Positions 55,768 to 64,000 of a stretch of DNA of 64,000 bases are shown piece by piece. Numbering within the stretch: the stretch's first letter is position 1; the number at the start of each line of letters is the position of its first letter. Position numbers and translations under genes: made by a program. The notes under the pieces were generated by a model. That model was not told the DNA's origin. It was given only the letters and a program-made list of their open reading frames with translations, and searched no databases. The DNA lies in the NCBI GenBank assembly GCA_030141605.1, contig JAQGDQ010000801.1:30285-94284 (forward strand). Direction: 5' to 3'. The DNA comes from Tubiluchus corallicola (taxonomy: Eukaryota; Animalia; Priapulida).

Positions 55768-56070
55768 CGTTGTATTGGTTGTGTGAAGCTGATTATTGGT
55801 GGTTTAGGAATGGTAAAACTATGAAGAGTCTGATTATAAAACTACGTTTATTAAACATCAAACACAATAAATATAACAGATAGTGATGCCAAGCCCCTGA
55901 TCTAGCTTGCTCTCCTTCAGCTCCCAGACTCAATCTCTTGAGCTGGGCGCATCACAAGGCTTATATACCGTGCGCTGAGCTTCGACGCATCGACGCCTAC
56001 GCTTCGGTTCTGAATCACTTGCTCACGTGACACCACACCTTAACTGGCTTCATGCCAGCATTCATCAACA
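55768..56070 (-). mobile_element. Probable solo LTR (303 bp)
   Basis: Ends CGTTG (expected TGTTG)...CAACA; 5-bp TSD TAATT; minus-strand TATATAA upstream of AATAAA. Confidence 0.6.
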
Positions 56071-57419
56071 TAATTATCTATCATAATCTAACGCTTTTAA
56101 CATAGTTTAACAGGTCCTCTTTACTCTTCCCTTTGAACTCTGGCCCTCTTTACTCCAAATTACTTCGACTGTCTAATAAGCTAGCAGATCTTTTAAGACT
56201 TGATATAGTGTGATAGTTTTAGAAATGTTGGGCTTAATTTTACTAAACCTATTTTATTACTTAAACTAAACTAGTTCAAATTTATCTTAAATACATCGCT
56301 TGACTATTCTTTGTAAGAATTGTAAATATCATTTAAACCTTTTGGTGATTTACTGTTACATTTGTTATTCTGTATAGGAAAATATTTTTGTATATTCGTG
56401 TACGTGTACACGTGGTACATACAAACAAGTAATACATTGTTTATTGAATACATTATGCTGATTTCTAGAAGCTGTGGAAAATGCTCTTTTTTTCAGAAGT
56501 TTGTGGGAGAGACATCGGCCTGGTTTTTAATTTATTGTTGATTAGAATTCAACTAATGCGTGGAATTATATATATATAGTCTAATTTGTTTTTTATAGAA
56601 AAAGATGCATAACGCTTACGTCTACGAGTTGTTAATTAAAATGTTTTGCTGTTATTGAAATATGTAATTTAGATTAATTCATGACTTTCAAGAAAAACCG
56701 CACAACTATTTGATTAAAAGAGTGGCCACCCAAAATATAATTTTTTGCAACTTACATGATTTGGCGCATTTACATTATTACTTTCTAGCACAGCAGGACA
56801 ACCAGTCATAGATAATTATTCACTTTATCACATAGTTAATACAATAAGCACAGAGTACTAATGGTAGATATATGACGCGCAAATCAGCGCATAACTATAA
56901 AAACCTATTGAAAAGAAAAAAATAACCTAACGAATTAGGCGCATCATATGACGTTTGCTTATAGGAATAGCAAGTGTCAAATGGTCACCTGTACAAAGGT
57001 GACGATGGAATTTATAACTGTAGAATGAAGCCCGTATAAATACTCCAAGGTTAACCTATTGTTGGAACCGGAATAAACTGGTTTGCAATACTGTAAATAA
57101 AGTCTAAACTGCAAATAAAAAGTCTAACAGCAGAATAGAACTCAATCACGGGAATCCGTGACAGAAGCTGGCTCTTTCGTGTACAAATCAAACAAGTAAC
57201 ATCACTAGAAGCAGACGAAGTTGTGTCTTCTTGTGGGTAGAGGCCTGGTCGCAGGCAGGGGAGGGAGTTTTTTTAATCACTACTCCTTACACATACTTCT
57301 TGCTTCACTAAGTTATACTTAACAACTTTTTACCGTATGATCCAGCTTGAAATACACCATTTACACTTACACGTCAAATCAAATACTGTTGCGAAAATGA
57401 TGAACTACAATTAATTGTT

Positions 57420-58030
57420 TATTTGTTTATTGTTAAAGTATAATGCTTTAGCAGTATAAATTTTCTCTAGATTATATTTTCTGTTTATTATTATTTACTA
57501 AATCTGTAATTTATCAGTTGTAAATAAGCTCAAGTAAAGGCCTGAAGTAGCTTTGTTTAAACAGTTTTTAAGTTATTAGTATAAATTTAAAACAAAGCCG
57601 GGCCCAGAACCGAATCCTGTGGAACACCATATGACGCTCTACATTCAATGACAAATTTACCGTTGTATCTTACACTTTGCATTCGTTTAGATAAAACATG
57701 AAAAGCATTATCATTATTTAGCAATTTCCATATGATCTGTAATTAATTTGTTAATTAGCGTTAAAGTAATATTTGAAGTTTGTTTTTCCTTGTGCAATAG
57801 TTTGTTTATGGTTCATCAAGCTCAAATTTAGTCATCTTATTAGTTTTGTTTGCATTTTTTGATAACAATTTAGATTATTTATAATTGTAATTGTTTTTGT
57901 AAGTATTTATACTCATTAATTGTTATTTTCAGTTTCTACTAATTTAAATACATTTTATTTTTCTGTATAATTCTGAACAAATACTTAAAGCATGTGTTAT
58001 CCATGATTTTTCCATGTTGTCGTCAGGAGA
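57420..58030 (-). mobile_element. Degraded CR1/L2-group reverse transcriptase fragments
   Basis: Minus-strand YGVPQDSVLGPALF at ~57590-57632. Confidence 0.6.
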
Positions 58031-58424
58031 TTGACATTAGTTAAACGACCCCGTAGGAATAAAAACCCACTGTGATTTATCACTTAGTTATGTCTGTCTG
58101 CTGGCACGTGACTGAATCACTGCCCTCGCACTAGACTTGAAACAATTATTTGTATGGCATTCCAAGAGACTAAATTTACAAAACCGAAGAGAAAAAATCC
58201 AAGGAAATCAGATATTTAGGTCCCAATGTTAAAGATGAGAAATATTGAATGTTTATGGTTAAAACGTTGATTACATTAATGTTAAGGTCAGGAGAATGTG
58301 CTTAACTTGCTTTGTTCACCTTAATTTACGAATACTTGTCATATAAGTAATTAGCTTAAACCCAAGAATGAAATTTAGGATGAGACAGGATCTGAAAAAG
58401 TCAAATGGGATTCGAACCCAGAAC

Positions 58425-58616
58425 CAGGGCCGGCCTTAAGCATAGGCAAACTAGGCAACCGCCTAGGGCCTCACCCTCCAGGGGGGGGGCTCACGCCGAG
58501 GAAACATACATTATAGTTTTTAATAAATTGCGTAATTTTATTTTTTGTTTTTCTATTTCATTTGGGGCACCAAATTCACTTCGCTTACGGCCTCCAATTA
58601 CCCAAGGCCGACCCTA
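58425..58616. mobile_element. Short hAT-like MITE inserted next to a tRNA-like B-box
   Basis: TIRs CAGGGCCGGCCTT / AAGGCCGACCCTA; 8-bp TSD CCCAGAAC. Confidence 0.85.
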
Positions 58617-59318
58617 CCCAGAACCATGTGACAGCAGGCCACACGTTGTATCCAATTGTGCTATCATCTCACGCGAATAAAACAGGGCTGAGTTCTCATA
58701 CTAGATACAGATACAGAGCCATCTATCCACAGCAACCAGAAACTGATTATTTAATAAACTAGCACTTGGCCCTAAAGCAGTGGCCAAATGTGGAATGATG
58801 GTACGACTAAATCGTACAATTACAAACAGATAAAAATTATGAGAAAAACTGGTCCAGTTAACGTTAGCCAACTGCCTAATTTCTTTTCTCTAAAATTAAA
58901 AACAGCATTTCTATAAAACAGAAAAAATTCAAAGGATATTTCCAGCCGAGACAGCCAATAAACAGATTCTGCCGAGACATAAAATACAACCAGTCAATTC
59001 CCGCCAAAAATATAATGAGTTTTTATCATAAATTTTATTAAACAAGAAAACATACAAACAAACAAACAGACAAACAAACAGGAAACCAAACACTTCACAG
59101 TTAAATAATGACTAACCATCAAGTTTGTCAATGGGTACATTTGATCTTAAATCAGTAACAGCTATGAAAAATATGCGAGAAGCTTATTACTTTGGTTCTC
59201 GTTTTGGCAGGGGTGCTTGCATTATAAAACCACATTCATTGACAATCACAGCCAAATCATTCATCATTGAATAACAAATGTAAAAACTTGAAGCTAACAG
59301 TTAATCAGCGAACGTTAA

Positions 59319-59779
59319 CCCTTTCATACCCGTTATATCCCGTGGGATACGAGAATATTCTCTGCCTTTAAAATTAATAAAATTTTAAAACTGACAGTTA
59401 TTTGATTTGTTAATAGTTATTTTGATTTAAGCAAATAACAATAGACTAAAAATGGTGATAAAATGGCAAACTAGAAAATCTACATAGCATAAAAACTGCT
59501 CAAGGTACAGTACTTTAGAGACGACATTGTACAGATCAGCATAGCATGCATACTAAATGTCTTAAATACTTTTAAAAATTATCAGCATTTGCTTTTATCA
59601 TGTTTAGCAACCATTGAATCCCAACATATCCCGTGGGATACAGGCTATATTTAGCACACGGGCACAGGTAGAAAAAAATAATGTGTAATGTAAATATGTG
59701 TAAACAAGATGGACATACTGAACAAAAGTAGCAAGCCAAAAAATTTTTTCTTATTAAAAATAATTTGGGACTGAAAGGG
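59319..59779 (+). mobile_element. piggyBac-like MITE, full length (461 bp)
   Basis: TTAA TSD; TIR CCCTTTCA / TGAAAGGG. Confidence 0.88.
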
Positions 59780-59872
59780 TTAACACGGCAGCAGGCTTAT
59801 TATTCAACTATTCTAAAGATTGCACTATTCTGAATTTGCACTATTTCTACGCATGAGCTAGTGTTAGTGGTT

Positions 59873-60832
59873 TCATTCAACTGTAGTTCTAAAGATTGCA
59901 CTATTCTGAATTTGCACTATTTCTACGCAAGAGCTAGCGTTAGTGGCTTCATCCGTCTGTAGTACGTATGGCCAGATGCAAAATTCGTCGCAGGCTTCGC
60001 TTCTCTCGATTACTCTGTTAGGTTTCGTTCCACTCACCATCCAGCAAGGTCTGGACCTTTTCGCTTTACAAGGTTTTTGACAATCCACAGACTCGTCGAT
60101 GGTAAACCCTTTCCACTCAGTCCACTTCTGACGAGGACCGCACACTGGTCTTTTCCCAAGTGACAACGTATCGTCAGAGCCAAGGTCTGGTTCACAGAAG
60201 CGCATCAGGGAGTATCCAGCTACACCTGAACCACAAACTGGTCTGCACGCTTCCTGCCACTCCCCCCACGTTCCAACGTAAGCCGTAATTGTTTTCTCTT
60301 CGTCAAGAAATGGTTTAACAAGACTGTCATGCTGCCTCCTTTTTTTCTTCTTCCTTCTCTTTCGCTTTGCGTTTCTTTTAACTCGTTTGTTGGATTCGTT
60401 TGTCGTGACTTGGTGCTCGTCTGACGAGTAAGTTAGGATATTGTTGGCACAAACTGAACTGATGCATTCCACCTGTCCTTCACACCTGTAGAGTCTTTGA
60501 GGACAACCGGAAACGTTGCAGTCAACTTCGTCACTTCCGTCATCGCAGTGTGGAAATCCATCACACTTGTACTTCTCCCAGTAACACTGCTGTCCGTTCT
60601 TGCAAGTAAGGAAGTTGTCCTTACACCAGAATGACTGGCAGTTTTGAGTCCCTCCACAACTCGGATACTTACTGCAGTTGAAAACAACCGGAAGACGTTG
60701 ACTATGCTCTGGATTCCGGTTCAAACATTTGTGCAATTCGGGGAAGTAACTTCTTATACAAGGTGACACTCTCTTGCCAAACCAGAACGTAGCTATTAAT
60801 GTAAAGAAAATGAGAAAGTTTATGTTTGTCAT
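59873..60832 (-). CDS. Secreted Cys-rich LDLa-domain protein with C-terminal TSP1-like module, paralogue 2 (319 aa)
   Basis: Signal-like MTNINFLIFFTLIATFWFG; same LDLa core as paralogue 1; KRVKR and KRKRRKKKKRR basic tract; GTWGEWQEACRPVCG...RFC. Possible 5' UTR acceptor TTTTGTTCCAG at ~60871. Confidence 0.85.
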   Translation of the reverse strand: MTNINFLIFFTLIATFWFGKRVSPCIRSYFPELHKCLNRNPEHSQRLPVVFNCSKYPSCGGTQNCQSFWCKDNFLTCKNGQQCYWEKYKCDGFPHCDDGSDEVDCNVSGCPQRLYRCEGQVECISSVCANNILTYSSDEHQVTTNESNKRVKRNAKRKRRKKKKRRQHDSLVKPFLDEEKTITAYVGTWGEWQEACRPVCGSGVAGYSLMRFCEPDLGSDDTLSLGKRPVCGPRQKWTEWKGFTIDESVDCQKPCKAKRSRPCWMVSGTKPNRVIERSEACDEFCIWPYVLQTDEATNASSCVEIVQIQNSAIFRTTVE

Positions 60833-60967
60833 GTCGTGTCTTAGTAATATTCCAAACACAGACAAAAATTCTGGAACAAAAACTTACTAGTACTGAACAA
60901 ACGTCACTTTGAAAAAACAATGCGTTGAGTTAGGTAAAAGCTGCCTAGCCAGAATTCTCTGAGTTAA

Positions 60968-61330
60968 AGGAAAAGTTAAGCCTTCTGGAAAGTTGGCTTA
61001 TTTCAATGTTCGCATAGTAATAAAGCTGCAATAAGCGCCTCGTGTAACTAGGTAAATCACTTTAAAGTCGCGATCATTTCATGCTTGGGCGCTCCCATTT
61101 TCAATACCCATTCTTCTTCCAATGACGTCATTCGTCCTGAAGAAAAGTAGCGCATTATCAATCTTCACCAAAAGTATAATAAGTTTTTGCAAAAAAACAT
61201 AGCTAAGTTTGTGATATCTTGCGTGAACATTAGGTAAGCTGCAGAAGTTTGAATTACCTTAAGAAGCGCGCGCTTACAGAAACTTTCGAAGTGTCCCAGT
61301 TACTTCATAATTTTCAAGTAAATGAAACCG
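60968..61330 (+). mobile_element. Kolobok-like K3, partial
   Basis: TTAA|AGGAAAAG start; homologous to 520-890. Confidence 0.6.
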
Positions 61331-61439
61331 CAACGCCTGAAAATTCCTGTTCAAAGGCAGTATATTTTAAACCTATACTTTACAGGCAGTTTTTCTCCAT
61401 TCAAAAACAATAAGCTCCCACTTCTTAAAAACCCCAGTA

Positions 61440-62447
<1,008 letters not shown>

Positions 62448-62858
62448 TTTTATAGTTTTTTTGTAAATTTCGCTGTTACGTTTAAAGTGATAACAAACCC
62501 AACATACTGAATGACTTGTTCTTTCCTTTAATAAAGCAACATCCTGCATTTTCTTGTAAACTACGACCCATTTTCACAGAGCCGTTACTAACTTAAAAAC
62601 ATCATTGTTAATAGTTAAGTGAAGGTAATAACGACGTCTCTAGCTTAGTGACAGATTTGTGAATCCAGATCTGTGTTAATGTCCTTGTAGATAACTGTTC
62701 CCTAAGACGGCTTAAAGCGAAATTATAAAAATAAAGGGGAGGAGGAGAGGGAGAGAGAGAGAGAAAGAGACAGGGAAAGGAGAAAGAGACAGACAGACAG
62801 AGAGAGAAAGAGAGGGGGAGAGAGGGAGAGAAGTGAGAGAGAGGGGGAGGGAAGGAGG

Positions 62859-62924
<66 letters not shown>

Positions 62925-63699
62925 TAGAAAGCGATTACTTCATTCGTCTAGGAGGAGGACTCGAAAGCCCAATGCTCCTTCCTTCTCCTCACAGTATTTT
63001 TCAATGTTATATCAATTTATATGTATGTTTGAGTTGCTGTGAAATAAATTCACAATTCATAATTCGTCTAGAGAGAGCACACTATTTATGGTTCATGAAG
63101 CATGACATTAAATTTCCCATATAAAAATTGCATTATCCACCAATTACAAGTAAATCTCTGCAATAACCAGTCGAGTCTGCCAGCAACTACCCACTTGTCG
63201 CCTTTAGTTTTTGGCTCCCTCATGCGGGAAAAATAAAAACGAATTATTTGGGTAATTTGCCCACAACACGTACTATAAACTTTCTCCTGGTTTTCCTGGC
63301 AAAGGCAAGCGAAATAAAAATTGGATAGTCATGCTTATTTTGCTTATTTAGGCTTATACATAGTAACATAGACTATTAGTAACCTACATTCATAAACGAC
63401 TCTAAACAAACAACTTTGTTTACTTGAAAGGTAAAAGATCGCAATCCAGGGTACAAAATGTCAAAGTGTAGGTCCGTGATACAATTTGCAGAATTCTGTT
63501 TGCCATTTCATCACTGTCGTGCTCTAAAGTTATTGATTTTTAAGCGGTAAGTACATCTATTGTTTTTATTTCTTACTTTAGTAATTGCGTGACGATACAA
63601 ACACTTTTTGGTAATTTGCATCTTATGTCTCGAATGTTTCGTATCTGCTGCAAATGTTGTTTTTCGTGTTTAATACCTCCTAACTCAACACCCTGCAAG

Positions 63700-64000
<301 letters not shown>

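Noticed and set aside
56949-57202. Second solo LTR (TGACGTT...AACATCA with TATA and AATAAA)
   Set aside because: No matching TSD found.

Overview
AT-rich, repeat-dense animal nuclear DNA. The 5S-derived sequences resemble lophotrochozoan/molluscan 5S as I recall it, so the taxon is an inference. Most ORFs in the track are microsatellite artefacts. Credible coding content: (1) a 2.2-kb terminal exon (38693-40921, +) for a disordered adaptor-like protein; (2) two single-coding-exon paralogues (48018-48863 and 59873-60832, -) for secreted Cys-rich LDLa + TSP1-like precursors with basic cleavage sites, sharing a 157-nt near-identical core; (3) an intronless MS4A/CD20-like four-TM ORF (53840-54439) whose frame continues 50 codons past the stop; (4) an orphan tyrosine-kinase C-lobe fragment. 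Mobile elements include two copies of a 5S rRNA-headed SINE (one full length with TSD), three Kolobok-like TTAA MITE families, piggyBac-like and hAT-like MITEs with intact TSDs, RTE/RTEX/CR1-L2 LINE 3' fragments and a solo LTR. There are also many mini- and microsatellites, several with higher-order structure, including a tandem array of tRNA B-box units. All counts and identities are by eye; no database searches were run.
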